From assembly GCF_009914755.1 (NCBI RefSeq), contig NC_060925.1: a stretch of 64,000 bases of DNA. One strand, given 5' to 3'. This DNA comes from the human T2T-CHM13v2.0 reference genome, Homo sapiens. The position numbers were made by a program, and so were the translations under genes. Below are positions 13,302 to 46,559 of the stretch, one piece after another. The notes under the pieces are model-generated. The model was not told where the DNA came from. It ran no database searches and saw only the letters and a program-made list of their open reading frames with translations. Positions within the stretch are counted from its first letter, which is position 1. Each line of letters begins with the position of its first letter.

Positions 13302-14304
13302 TTGAAATTTGAGAATGTCCTAAGAGGATGTCTACAGGATATGAAACTACTGGGTGCAGGAAAATTTTTTAAATGTTAGCAAATTGTGGCAAGAGGAAAA
13401 CAAACAGTGGAGAAAACTGTGGTAGAGAAAGTAAAGAAGGGGCAGGAGAAAGCTGTAATTATAACCTGGGCCTGCCTTTGTTCTCATGAAGCCAGGGGCC
13501 TCTCCATATCCTATACTTGCTCTTACGCTAATAACAAACCAAATGCTGCAAAATAAAAGTAATAATGACCCAAACTAATTTAAGTCTTTTGTTTAAGGAG
13601 TAAATGAGAGAAACATTTTAGCTTCTTAATCAAGGAGTGCTATAATTTCAAGGCATCTTAATATAATTCACTTACCCTAAAGCAATTGTGCAATAAGCAA
13701 ATTATAAAAGGAAAACAACAAAGGTTAACTTTCTACAGGGGCCAATAGACAAGATCTGTGGAGCACAGCAATTAACCTTCACATACTGGAGTCTTGTTTA
13801 AAAGGCCATCAAAAACTCAGATTACTGAAAATCACAAATGTCACCAACAAAAGGAATGTTGATTAGAGTCAAAAAAAAAAAAAAAAAAAAAAACACCTTC
13901 CCAAAGGACTGCCTTCTTTGAAGGAATTTCAGAATGTTGCTAGCACAGGTTGACTAAGTTAAATCTCATTGATGGCTCCATCAGAGAATGAGAATGCCCC
14001 AGCCAGTGCTGTTTTTAAAATGCACTGGGAGGGAAAAAACGAAATTAACAATCTACTATTCCCTAATATATATGGCTTGGCACCCAGAGAAAGCCTCTGC
14101 CCCCGAAAGAGACTTTCTACATAGGGTTAAGCTTCATTAAATGAGGTGCAACCTTTCATTTTCAGGGCATCTCTTTTCTTGCAAGGTCTTTAGAGGCAGA
14201 AGTTCCACTTGGATTCTAATACACATCTCTGTGAGCTCAGTTTCCTGAAAATATACACCTACTGGGTTCTAGGTTCTCCCTTACCAGTGACTGTATTCAT
14301 TATT

Positions 14305-33648
<19,344 letters not shown>

Positions 33649-34361
33649 CTTCACAAACTACAGGGATCCAACACTGGCCCGGAAGGCCCTTGGCGCCGTC
33701 CTCACTTCCTCCGCCGCGACAACAGTTATACCCTATGTCTCAGTTACCGGAGATCCAGCTGCTTGCGTCTCCGCTTCCCGCTGAGGTGGCCGGAAACAGC
33801 GCAAGAGCTTTCCACTACCGGTCCCCAGAATTGGCTTCCCTCAGAGAACCACAACTATCAGAACACTGGTTCCGCGATCTGCCTTCCACCTTCTTAACTT
33901 CCAAGGTCTGGCTGGGTTTTCTGAATTTGAGGCTTCGAATAAGCCTCGCCCTTTGAGCGGCCATTGCACCCAAGCTGAATCAGAATTTTCTAGTTCCTGA
34001 AACTAAGTCTTGGGAGAGAGCTGGGAAGGAGGGTGGGAGTTAATGGGTAATCCCCATTAACCACTAACCGTTAACCATGAAGGGTATGTAAAAAAAGGAA
34101 AACCCTGAAAATTAGGCTATTTTCATATTTATTTTTTTCTGTTTTCTATGTCATATATTCTATAAAATGTTCTATATTTATATATTTCTAGACAAAGATT
34201 TTTGTCTATTTTTGCTTGTTTGTTTATGCGGTATCCCCACCAGGCTCCTTAAACAGTTTATGGTAAGAAGTCAATAAATATGTGTTGTATGTGTGAATAA
34301 ATGAACAAGTACAGGACATCTTGTACCACCTAGGTCAGTCACCTACAAAAAGCTAGGATCA

Positions 34362-34682
34362 GGCCGGGCGCGGTGGCTCACGCCTGTAATCCAAGCACTA
34401 TGGGAGGCCGAGGCGGGCGGATCACGAGGTCAGGAGATCGAGACCATCCTGGCTAACATGGTGAAACCCCGTCTCTACTAAAAAAACACAAAAAAATTAG
34501 CCGGGCGCGGTGGCGGACGCCTGTGGTCCCAGCTACTCACTCGGGAGGCTGAGGCAGAATGGCGTGAACCCGGGAGGCGGAGCTTGCAGTGAACCGAGGT
34601 TGCGTCACTGTACTCCAGCTTGGGCAACAGAGCGACACTCTGTCTCAAAAAAAAAAAAAAAATAAATAAATAAATAAAATAA
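34362..34682 (+). mobile_element. AluY
   Basis: CpG-rich young Alu (gagatcgagaccatcctggctaac; gaatggcgtgaacccggg); TSD ...ctaggatc. Confidence 0.95.
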
Positions 34683-35169
34683 AAACTAGGATCTCTGATA
34701 TATCTAGGTGTTCCCATCTCTTTGTTTTTTGGTGTCCCCATCTCTAAAGTGGGGATATGATCGGCCTTTCAGGGTTTTAATGAATATTAGATGAGAAAAT
34801 CTAGGTGCAAGGCTTTCAAAAGCTAAAAAAAGAATTATACAAATGCTTTTATTTATCATTGCTTAATAATGACTACTCTTTACTAAGTGCTTACAGTTAG
34901 TTCTCGCATTAATAGAAACACTGTTAAGTATGTTCTAGATATTAGTTAAGCAACCCAGTAAGCTTGTTTAGTATTATATCTCCACTTTGTAGTTGAGAGG
35001 AAAGCCTCAGAGAGCTAGCAGTGATGGGAACAGGATTTGAGCTCAGGTTCAACTTCAAATCCTGATGTGATTCTGTCTTAACTTGTACCCATTAATTAAA
35101 GAGCTCAGGCTTTTGTTACCTTTTATATTGGCCTTCAGGATTAGAAGAAAACCAATATTATTTTTGTGT

Positions 35170-35547
35170 GGCATTTTCTTTATTAAAAAGATTCTTATTT
35201 CAATAGCTTTTGGGTTACAAGTGGGTTTTTGTTACATAGATGAATTATATAGTGGTGAAAGCTGAGATTTTAGTGCACCCATCACCTGAGTTGCGTACAT
35301 TTTACTTAATAAGTAGTTTTTTAACCCTAGGTCCCTTCCCACCCTCCGCCTTCTAAGTCTCTAAAGTCCATTATATCACTCTGTATACCTTTGTGTACTC
35401 ATAGCTTAGCTCACACTTAAGTGAGAACATACGGTTTTTGGTTTTCCACTCCTGAGTTACTTCACTTAGAATAATGGCCTCCAGCTCCATCCAAGTTACT
35501 GCAAAAGACATTATTTCACTCCTTTTTATGGCTGGGTAGTATTCCAT

Positions 35548-35580
<33 letters not shown>

Positions 35581-35657
35581 CACATTTTCTTTATCCACTC
35601 ATTAGTTGACAGGCACTTAGGTTGGTTCCACATCTTTGCAATTGTGAATTATGCTGC
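35170..35657 (-). mobile_element. 5'-truncated L1 (L1PB/L1MA1-like) 3' end with internal (TG)n
   Basis: L1 3' UTR antisense; TSD-like aagaaaa..aatattattt on both sides. Confidence 0.85.
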
Positions 35658-36222
35658 TAAGAAAAGTAATATTATTTAATGATAGACTTTTGAGACCAAA
35701 ACCCAATAAGACCTAGTGATTGACTCCACATGAAAGATGAAGGACTACAATAAATAAGACAAAAAAAATTGTGCTATTAACAGAGACAGAAAGTGGAATG
35801 GAAGTGAATCCTTGTGTATATGGGAGTCTAAGTTGGTAGAATCATAGTACCTTACATTTAAAATAGCCCATAGATATAAGTTGTTCTAATTTCCCTTCCT
35901 TCCACTCAACAAGGACATGCCTTCTCCACAGCCTCAAATGATGGTCATTTGAGTAATGGGGAATTAATGCTACAAATATTTTAACTAAGGATACAGACTG
36001 CCATGTTGATTAGAGAAGCAGAGAGAGAAGAATGCAGGTGTGTGCCGAGAAGCAAATTCGGAGCAAGAATCCACATCTTTTTTCAGTTCCTGACTCTAGG
36101 CTCCTCCCAAGGCCCATACACATTCCTGCCATTGGGTTCTATCAAACACTATTGCTTCTTTATAACAAATTCCCTCTTTATCCTGCTTAGGCTACTTTGA
36201 GTTAGTTTGTTACTTAAAAACC

Positions 36223-36225
<3 letters not shown>

Positions 36226-36257
<32 letters not shown>
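36226..36257. repeat. (CA)n microsatellite
   Basis: Direct reading. Confidence 0.95.
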
Positions 36258-36260
<3 letters not shown>

Positions 36261-37479
36261 AACTAATAAAAGCATGGAGTCACCCTGGAGCAATTATTTC
36301 TTGGAACAACAACATTCATACTCACACCTCTTACTTTTATCCTTTGTAAACACACTAGATGACTCTGGCACCCTTCGAACACATTGATTCCAGGAAAAGG
36401 ATAGTGATCTTAGGCTGCTAATAATTTCAGCCATCAGGAGAAAACTAGAGTTGTCTTGAAACTGCCCACTATTCAGACCTTGGGAGCTCTGGCATCTGAA
36501 TTCCTTTTCCTTCTGACTTGATCAGCTTCATCTCATTCACATCCAAGTGTTGTCTTTGAGCTGCTGCCCTTTGATTCTTGGAGCAATACAGTACTGTGTA
36601 ATAATGGTTAACACTGTGATCAGTAAGTACATGGAAGGTTCTCAACTATTTTACATTTAATTAAACAAGAGTATCAACAAACATTTGTACCGAACTTTAA
36701 AATTTATAAAGCCCACATATGTCCTTTGCCCTAAATCTGACAACCACCTCTGAAATGGATAAAATTCTTGGAGTTTGTAAATGTTGTACTAGGAAAAAAA
36801 AAAAAAGTAAACATAAGCCTTGAACGTCATAGTTACAGCTGCCAGCAAATTCTTGAAACTTATCAAAGAAATCGTGAAATGCACATATCTAAACCAACTT
36901 ATATTAAGCTGCCTAAACAGGATAAGACTTTCCATTACAGCAGTCACACAGTTGCAGAAATTTTACAAGTGAGATCAAACGAAGCAATAGTTAAAGGTTT
37001 GTGTCCATTCATTCTTAAACAATTCTATCGAGTGCCTAATTCTATACCAGACACTAAGCTAAGTAATGAGGACGAATAAAGAATAGTCCCAGCAACTTGT
37101 GGCCCGTATCTACCCCCAGACCAAACACTGTCACTTAGGAGGTCTGCAAGTAAACTGCAGCTCCTGTTTGAATTACATGATTATATACATGGAAAAAACA
37201 TTTCTTCTGAGAAACTGTGCTCCTGGAAGGCAAAAGAACAGATAGCCACTGTATCTGGACCAATATCTATCGATCTGGACTGTATGCATCAGTATGGCTG
37301 TACCAGCTATTAAAATACTGGAACATTTTCTTACAGATTAGTAAAAAAGCTATTGCCCTGAGCATCCCCTTCTTGAGCCCCTGCTACCCCAACAACATGC
37401 AAACGCTTAAGATTCCTGCTCCCCACAGTTCTGCCAGATTCCATTGTCTTTGGCGGTTTTCCAAGTTAGTCATTTTGAA

Positions 37480-37640
37480 AAGCTTCGCCTCCAGGCATGG
37501 CCATTAGCTACCCCCAGGGAATTAGAACGACCCCCGCCTTCCGCCCTGGCGCCTGCCCTCCGGCCACGCCTCCGGTGGGCTGCAGGGCGCAGGCCCTGGC
37601 GGGGGTTGGGAAGCAGCGCCCCAGGCAGGTTTACTGACAC
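37480..37640. promoter_or_regulatory. Small orphan GC/CpG-rich patch with GC boxes
   Basis: CCCCGCC, TCCGCCC and CCACGCC motifs and clustered CpG in non-repeat DNA. Confidence 0.45.
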
Positions 37641-37889
37641 CATCTGCACTGGTGATTAAACACGAGTTATTTTGAATTACCATCCCTGATTAAACCTCCT
37701 CACAGTGCGAGCTGCGTGAAGGCAGGACTTTTCTTTATTCTTGAATTTTCACAGCCCTTAGCTGTGTCCTCCGCACAGTGCATCCAGTCAGAGAAGTGAA
37801 AGTGAAGGGTTAGAGGGGAAGGGGGAATGAGCCGGAAAGAACAAGGTGCGCTTTGGAAGTCCCGTGAAAGCCTCTGTTTAAAATAATTA

Positions 37890-38219
<330 letters not shown>

Positions 38220-38404
38220 TCAAATATCAAGCCACAGCAAAGCTATCTCTTGCCTTCTAGAAGAAGCTATTTCATGAAACCGTAATACTTCTTCCAACAT
38301 GTCTGTCTGGTTTCCCTACTTTGTCAGGAAAGCCTAGCAGAGAGCAGGCCCAGCTGGTTCACGCCTTGGAGCTTGGGATGTGTGCGGTGAGTAGGATAAT
38401 TGGG

Positions 38405-39038
38405 TGTAGAAAGTAAAAAGTTTCCTCTTCAGAGTTTCCCTTCTTGTTAAAGAATAAATCATAAGTGTTAGAAATAATAGTTTCTTTTAAAGACTAACTT
38501 CCTTCAATCCTCCTTGCTTTGTGCTATTAACTCTCTGTTAAGCCCTATCCTATGTAGCTATTAGACATAAAGGAATAAGTACATTCTATGTCCTTGTACT
38601 TTAACCAAAATATTTGTGCTGGAGGTGCTGACGGGCATGTCTCAGCTCACAGCCTATGCCCCTTCCTTATTCAGGAATATTATTACTTTTCTAAGTCCTT
38701 TCATAAGCAACTTCCTCTTTTCCTTTGTCTTTCCATTGCTTTTACCTATTTAGAAAAGTTTTAAATTATTAGCCAGTCAGGTTTTAGTTTAGATTGTGCG
38801 GTCTGGCTCCAGCCAACGGAGACAGGACACAGTAGCAAGGACAAGCTGCGTAAGGGATAAAAATTTCTTCCCTCCATTGTTCAGGTGTGCTCTCGCCATT
38901 GTTCCATCTGCGAGGAGCACTCTTTCTGCAGAAAGTAAAATTATCTTGCTGAGAAAACTTTTTGTCTGAATGCCAATTTTTCCTTGCAGTACCGATTAAC
39001 AAGCATTCTGTTTCTAAATAAACATTTTACATATAAAA
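38405..39038 (+). mobile_element. LTR10-family (HERV-I, ERV1) solo LTR
   Basis: tgtagaaagtaaaaagtttcctcttc...aagcattctgtttctaaataaac; TSD TTGGG at 38400-38404 and 39039-39043. Confidence 0.8.
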
Positions 39039-39437
39039 TTGGGGTAGTTTTGATAGCACCTAAAATATTGTATGGAACTTAATTTTTTTAAAAAACATAT
39101 TTCTTCTACTACTAATCTCCAAACTCTTTCAGGACAGAAAAACTAGTTAGTTATTCCCAAGGGTCTAGTATCCTGTACCTGGAACCTAGCAAATGCTCAA
39201 TTACTGTTTATGGACTAAATGACTGAATGAATGGCATGTCTCATGGGTTGAGATGATACTCATTGGTTGTATACAGCACGATTCACAGTTGGTATTGTAC
39301 TTAGTGAAAACATGTCCAACCCCCATTTCTTTCATTCTTCCAATTAGTTATTCAACAAATATTTATTGTTCAACTACTATGGGCTAGGAATATCAGGCAC
39401 TGAATTATACAGAGGTTAACAAAAGGAACATGATATA

Positions 39438-40064
39438 TGTTACTGGAAATGGGTCCCTATCCAGACCCCAAGAGAGGGTTCTTGAATCTCCTGCAAGAAA
39501 GAACTGGGGGCAAGTCCATACAGTAAAGTGAAAGCAAGTTTACTAGAGAAGTAAAGAAACAAAAGAATGGCTACTCCATAGACAAAGCAGCACCAAGAGT
39601 TGATGGTTGGCTATTTTTATGATTATTTCTTGATTATATGCCAAATAAGCGGTGGATTATTCATGAGTTTTCTGGGAAAGAGGCAGGGATTTCCCTCTTT
39701 TAGACCGTATAGGGTAACTTCCTGACATTGCCATGGCATTTGTAAACTGTCATGGTGCTGGTGGGAGTGTCTTTTAGCATGCTGATGCATTGTAATTAGC
39801 ATACAGTGAGCAGTGAGGACAGCCAGAGGTCATATTCATTGCCATATTGGTTTTGGTGGGTTTTGGCCAGCTTCTTTACCACATCCTGTTTTATCATCAG
39901 GGTCTTTATGACCTTTATCTTGTGATACCAGTCCTGCCAACCTCTCATCTCATCCTGTGACTGAGAATGCCTAACCTCCTAGGAATGCAGCCCCATAGAT
40001 CTCAGCCTCATTTTACCCAGCCTGTATTCAAGATGGAGTCATTCGGATTTGAATGCCTCTGACA
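39438..40064 (-). mobile_element. MER41B-like (ERV1) solo LTR
   Basis: Minus strand TGTCAGAGGCATTC...ACTCCATCTTGAATA...AAGAACCCTCTCTTGGGGTCTGGAT...TAACA; GAS motif at 39670-39678. Confidence 0.9.
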
Positions 40065-40486
40065 GTTACATTCTAGCTGGCTCTGTCTCTCTTCCATTAT
40101 CCCCAACCCACCTCCACCCGCATTGCATTCCCACCTCTCAATCTGCAACAATAAAAGCTTTGGATGGTGACTTTTTTAACTCTGAATATACAACGAGATT
40201 GTCCTTCAGACCTGCAGCTTTATTATCTTTCTGTGGAGTCTAAATGGATTTGTTTTTTCCTAGCGGCCATTATAGTTTCCTCATCTTACCTGCTGTCTCA
40301 ACAGCTTTGCTGTAGCTTGGCTTCCTCCTCTAATAGTCCTCCAGCTCCTGCTCCTTTTATTGGACCATCTCTCCTCTACTCATAGTGGTGGTTCAGTGTT
40401 TCAGCAATTAGTGAAAATTTCCGTCTCAGACTGACTTTTCTTTACAATCTTAAGGATCTTTCAGTTTTCATTATTAATAGTAGTAG

Positions 40487-40892
<406 letters not shown>

Positions 40893-42432
40893 TAAATCTA
40901 ATATGACATTAAAGGTGACAAAGTGGGTCATAATCTAACTTGTTGTTGTTGTTTGCTTGTGGTGAATTCTCTAGCTTCCAAAGATGTAATTTTTGTTAAT
41001 CAGTCCCTCTTGGTTCTTCCCCTAATCCCTGGCCCATCCTCTTACTCCATCACTACCTGATATGAGACCTTTTTCTTTGTTTTTTATTAGGGAGCATGAT
41101 CCTCTGGTTCTGGAAATCTGAAGTCAGGCCCCAAACTCTGTGTGCCATTTCTCTACGGAGGTCTACCTCCAAGCTCTCGGGCAGATAATAACCAAAATTT
41201 CAAAGTTCTAGGAGGAATTTCCTTTTTAAAAAATCTGCTATTTATGCAGACTGTCACTTCTTGAGAATATTACAATGAAAGCTTTGAGTTGAAGTTTTAG
41301 GAGCTCAAGACATAATCCTTTCTTCCTCTTTTAAGTTCAGATCAAATTGGGAAATAGAGAAGTCAAACAGAGAATTAATAATGCTACAGTACTTTAATTA
41401 CTGATCAAACTAAGTGGAGAACTTGCATTTAGATCTGTGATGATGCAAAGGTCCTGCTAATATTTCACTCCAGAATTAGGCAGACTTCACTCCAGAAACA
41501 GCAGGCCTTTCTCAAATGGGCAGGCTGACTGGCTTCTTACCACATGGCATAGGGCAAACCAGAATGACCTACTCTGAGGCTGGCATCTTAAGTGTTCAGC
41601 TATCACCACAAGACTTCTCAGATTCTCAGTGAAGAAGGGAACAGGGTGCAGTCCAACACAAAGGAGGACCCACCTCCTACCAGAGAGCAGAAATGATCTT
41701 AGTACCTTTGTGTCCCTTGGCCAGCTCCAGTGGCGGTGGTGATCTCAGAGACTTCCAGCTGTTCTCTCTCTCCCAGCCTTTAGCTGGGAAAAGGGTTTGT
41801 CCCTGTAATACACTTTTTGTGGAGGACCTCACTTATGTGAATTTCATGTGACACAGTGCCTTTCTTATGAATTTCCTTATTCTGACTGTGTTTGTGTACT
41901 CCAGTTTATTGCAGTTGCCACACCAAAAGAAATGCTAGATTTTTATATTACTTGTGGGATAGGATGTGCATTTTTATTGGTATTTATCGTTTTATTTGCC
42001 ACAAATGACAAAACCTTATCTAAAATTGCTACACTTGTGTTTGGATTTTGGACAGGTTTTGTGTGGCTGCTTAATTTCGTTCAATGTGCTCTATGAATTG
42101 CTGCTGAGAAAACTTGAAAATACTGATAAGAGATAAGCCTTAATTGAACTTCTAAAATACTTCAAGACTTTGGAAAATAGAAGTAATGGATGATGGGTGA
42201 TGTATCAAAATTTGCATAATTTTTAAAGGACATTTTTTGAGCAGTGATGATCAAGTCTAGTCTGAACACAAGCTATCATTTACCACAAATTACACCAGAG
42301 GCATTTTGTTTTAAATTTGTCTTTGTTGTAACGTTGTAACTGTTGAAATTAGTCTCAGACAGAATTTTCTGGAGGTTTTGTTTTTTATGGAGGGATACTC
42401 GTGGGGACACAAACTTTTCCTTAAAACACATG

Positions 42433-45400
42433 GATCAAATCAGAAATGAAAGAGGGGACATTATTACCAACCTGTGGAATACAAAATATTATAGAGGAAT
42501 ATTATGAGAAGTTATATGCCAGGAAATTAGATAAACTAGATGAAATGAACAAATTTCAAGAAAGAAACAAGCTACCCAAACTGATTCAGGAAGCAATAGA
42601 AAATCTGAATACCCTATAACAAGTAAAGCAATTCAATTAGTAGTAATAATTTTTTTTAATGTTCCACAAAGAGGAGCCCAGGTTCAGATAGCTTAATCTG
42701 TGACTTCTGCCGAATATGTTTATAGGACACAGACTCTTCACCCCCTGAAAAAAAGGAGAAGAAGAACACTTCCCATCTCATTCTATGAGGCCAGTATTAC
42801 CCTGGCACCAAAACTAAGACTTCAAGAAAGGAAAATGACAGGCCAGTATACCTTTATAAATATAGATGTAAAAGTTCTCAACAAACTTTATTTGACAACA
42901 TATGAAAAAGATTATACATCATGACAAAGTGGCATTTATCCTAGGAATGCAAGGTTGATTCAACATATGAAACAATAAATGTAATGCACCATATTAATAG
43001 GACAAAGGACAAACTCCATATGATCATCTCAATAAATGCAGAAAAAGCATTTGAGAAAATCTAGCATCTTATCTTGTTAAAAAACAATGAACAAACTAGG
43101 AAAGAAGAGAACTTCTTCAACCTGATAAAGGGTATCTATGAAAAACCCACAGCTAACCCCATACTTAAAGGGGAAAGACTTGAAAACATTTCCTGTAAGA
43201 TGAGGAATAAAACAAGTATGTCCACTCTCACCACTTCTAGTCAACATAGTACTTGATGTTCTAATGAGGGCAATTAGGCAAGAAAAAGAAATAAAAGCAC
43301 CCCAGCTGGAAAGGAATAAGTAACACTATTTCTATTTGTAGATGACTTTATCTTGTATATAGAAAATTCTAAGGAATCCACACAAAAATTTAAGAATTAA
43401 TAAATGAATTCACCAAATTGTAGGGTACAAGATCAATATACAAAAAAATTTGCAGTTCTATGCACCAGAAATGAACAATCCAAAAATGAAAGTGAGAGCA
43501 CAATTCCATTTACAAGGCATCAAAATAAAGCTGCACATCTACACCATCTGATCTTCAACAAAGCTGACAAAAACAAGCAATGGGGAAAGGACTCCCTATT
43601 CAATAAATTGTGCTGGGATAACTGGCTAGCCATATACAGAAGAATGAAACTAGACCCTTACCTTTCACTGTATACAAAAATTAACTCAAGATAATTAAAA
43701 ATTTAAATGTAAGACCTCAAAATATAAAAATCTTAGAAGAAAACCTAGAAGATACTTTTACCAACATCAGCCTTGGCAAAAAGTTTTTGGATAAGTGCCC
43801 AAAAGCAATTGCAACAAAACCAAAAATTGACAAATGGGACCTAATTAAACTAAAGACCTTCTGCATAGCAAAATAAACAATCAACAGGGTAAATAGATAA
43901 CCTACAGGATGGGAGAAAATATTCACTAACTATGCATCCAACAAAGATCTAATACCTAGAATTTATAAGGAACTTCAGTCAATAAGCAAAAACAAATAAT
44001 CCCCTTAAAAATGGTCAAGGGATATGAACAGACACTTTTTTTAAAGAAGACATATAAGTGACCAACCAACATATGAAAAAATGCTCCACAACACTAATTA
44101 TCAGAGAAATACAAATCAAAACTACAATGAGATATTACCCCACACCAGTTAGAATGGCTATTATTAAAAAGTCAAAAATGGCTATCATTAAAAAGTCAAA
44201 AAACAACAGATGCTGATGTGGCTGCAGGGAATAGGGAACACTTACACACTGTTTTTCGGAATGTAAATTTGTTCAGCCGCTGTGAAAAGTAGTTTGGAGA
44301 TTTCTCAAATAACTTAAAGCGACCATTTGATGCAGCAATCCCATGATTGGGTATATATCCAGAGGACAATAAATCATTATACCAAAAAGACACATGCATT
44401 TATATGTTCATCACTGCACAATTTACAATAGCAAATACATGGAATCAACCTAGGTGCACATCAAGGGTGAATTGGATAAAGAAAATGTGGTACATATACA
44501 CTGTAGAATACTATACAGCCATAAAAAGTGAAATAATGTCCTTTACAGCAACATGGATAGAGTTGGAGGTCAAAATCCTTAGCAAATTAATGCAGAAAAA
44601 GAAAACCAAATACCACATGTTCTCATTTATAAGTGGGAGCTAACCACTGAGCACACATGAACATAAACATAGGAACAATAGACACTGTGGACTACTAGAG
44701 AGGGGACCGAGGGAGGGAACATGGGTAGAAAAACCTCCATGGATATGTAACAAAGCTGTACATGTACCCTCTGTATCTAAAAGTTGAAATTTAAAATGAG
44801 TAAATAAATGAAATGTTTAGGAATAAATCTAACAAAAAAAGTGTACACTAAAAACCACAAAATGTTGTTGAAGGAAATATTAAAAGACCTAAATAAATGG
44901 AAAGGAATTCCATGTTCATGTTCCACATTCGTGGATTGGAAGACTTAACAGAGTTAAGATGGCAGTAATCCCAAATTGATCTATAGATTTGTTGCAATCT
45001 CTATCAAAATCCCAGCAGGCTCTCTCTCTCTCTCTCTTTTTTTTTTTTTTTTTTTTTTTGTGGCAGAAATTGACAAGCTGCTCTTAAAATTCAGGTAGAA
45101 AAGCAAAGGACCCAGAATAATTAAAACCATCTTTAAAAGAAGGAAAAAGGTGTGAGAAGGACTCATACTTCTGATTTCAAAACTTAATAACAAGCAACAT
45201 AATTAAGACAGTGTGGTATTGAAATCAGAATAGACATACAGGTCAATGGAATATAATTGAGAGTCCCAAAAATAAACACATGCATATATGGTCTAATTAA
45301 AAAAAAATAAGGAAAGGAGAGTATTTTCAACAAATGATGTGTGACAACTGGATATTCACATGCAAAATGATGATGGGCTCTTACATCACACTATATATAA

Positions 45401-45670
45401 AAATTATCTCAAAATGGATTGTCAACCTATGAGCTAAAGCTATATATCTCTTTGAATGAAACACAGGAATAAATCTTTGTGACCTTTGATCCAGCATGGT
45501 TTCCTAGCTATGACACCAAAAGTACAAGCTGCAAAAGAAAAAAATAGATAAAAAGACTTCACCAAAATTTAAAACTTATTTTCTTCAAAAAACACAAGAA
45601 AGTGAGAGGACAACCCTCAAAGTGGGACAGAATACTTGCAAATCATATCAGGTAAAGGAATTGCATCCAG

Positions 45671-45727
<57 letters not shown>

Positions 45728-46558
45728 CTTACAACTCAGTAATAAAATAAGAACAAACAACCCAATTGAAAAATAGGCAACAAATTTGAAAACATGTTTC
45801 TCCAATGAAGATATACAAATAAATACTAAATACAAGACAAGATGCTCAACATTATTAGCTAGGGAAATACAAACCAAAACCACAGTGAAATGTCACTTCA
45901 CACCCACTAGGATGGCTATAATAAAGAAGACACATACTAACAAATGGTTAGAATGTGGAAAAACATTGAGTTACTGGTGGGAATGTAAACATTATGAGGC
46001 CATTTGTAAAAACACTTTGGCAGTTTAAAAAAAGTTAAACAGATTTGCCATATAACCCAGCAACTCCACTCGTAGGTATGTACCCAAAGTAATTGAAAAC
46101 ATATGTCCAAAGAAAAACATGTACATGAGCGTTCACAGCAGCATTATTCACTATAGCAAAAAACAAACAAACAAAAACCACCTAAGTGTCTATCAACTGA
46201 CAAATAGGTACATTAAATGTGATATTTCCTTACAATATAATATATTTTCAGCAATAAAAAAGTGAGTGAAATATTGGCATTCGCTGTAAAGTGGATGGAC
46301 CTCAAAACACCATACTAACTGAAAGAAGCCAGACATAATGTGCTACATGTTAGATGATTCCATCTATATGAAGTGTCCAGAATAGGTAAATTTATAAATA
46401 TAAAAAGATTAGTGGTTGCCAGGGGCTGGGGAGAGGAACAGCCGGTGGTAGAAATGGAAAGGGTAAGTGAGTATGGAGTTTGTTTTGAGGGTGATAAAAA
46501 TGTTCTGAAATGACACAGTGATAATGATTGCACAATTCTGTGACTATACTAAAAAAAC
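42433..46558 (+). mobile_element. L1MB-like element (ORF2 to 3' UTR) interrupted by a younger L1
   Basis: ORF2 remnants (ORFs 42700.., 43074.., 45786..); internal (CT)n/poly-T at 45019-45059 and (CA)n at 45673-45726. Confidence 0.85.
43520..44800 (+). mobile_element. Nested L1PB-like 3' fragment
   Basis: Abrupt jump to a later ORF2 position, with its own 3' UTR ending aaagttgaaatttaaaa; the host L1 resumes at taggaataaatctaac. Confidence 0.8.
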
Positions 46559-46559
46559 A

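Larger units (their letters stand above)
12460..14304 (-). other. SEC22B: SEC22B 3' UTR (repeat-free portion; distal end uncertain)
   Basis: Follows the stop codon; no recognisable interspersed repeat; U23 tract at 13871-13893; several minus-strand AATAAA. Confidence 0.7.

Noticed and set aside
34039-34061. 9-bp inverted repeat upstream of the SEC22B promoter
   Set aside because: Arm length is within chance expectation for 64 kb.
42240-42270. Box C/D-like motifs (GTGATGA...CTGA)
   Set aside because: Boxes are too close together, there is no terminal stem, and the site is not intronic.
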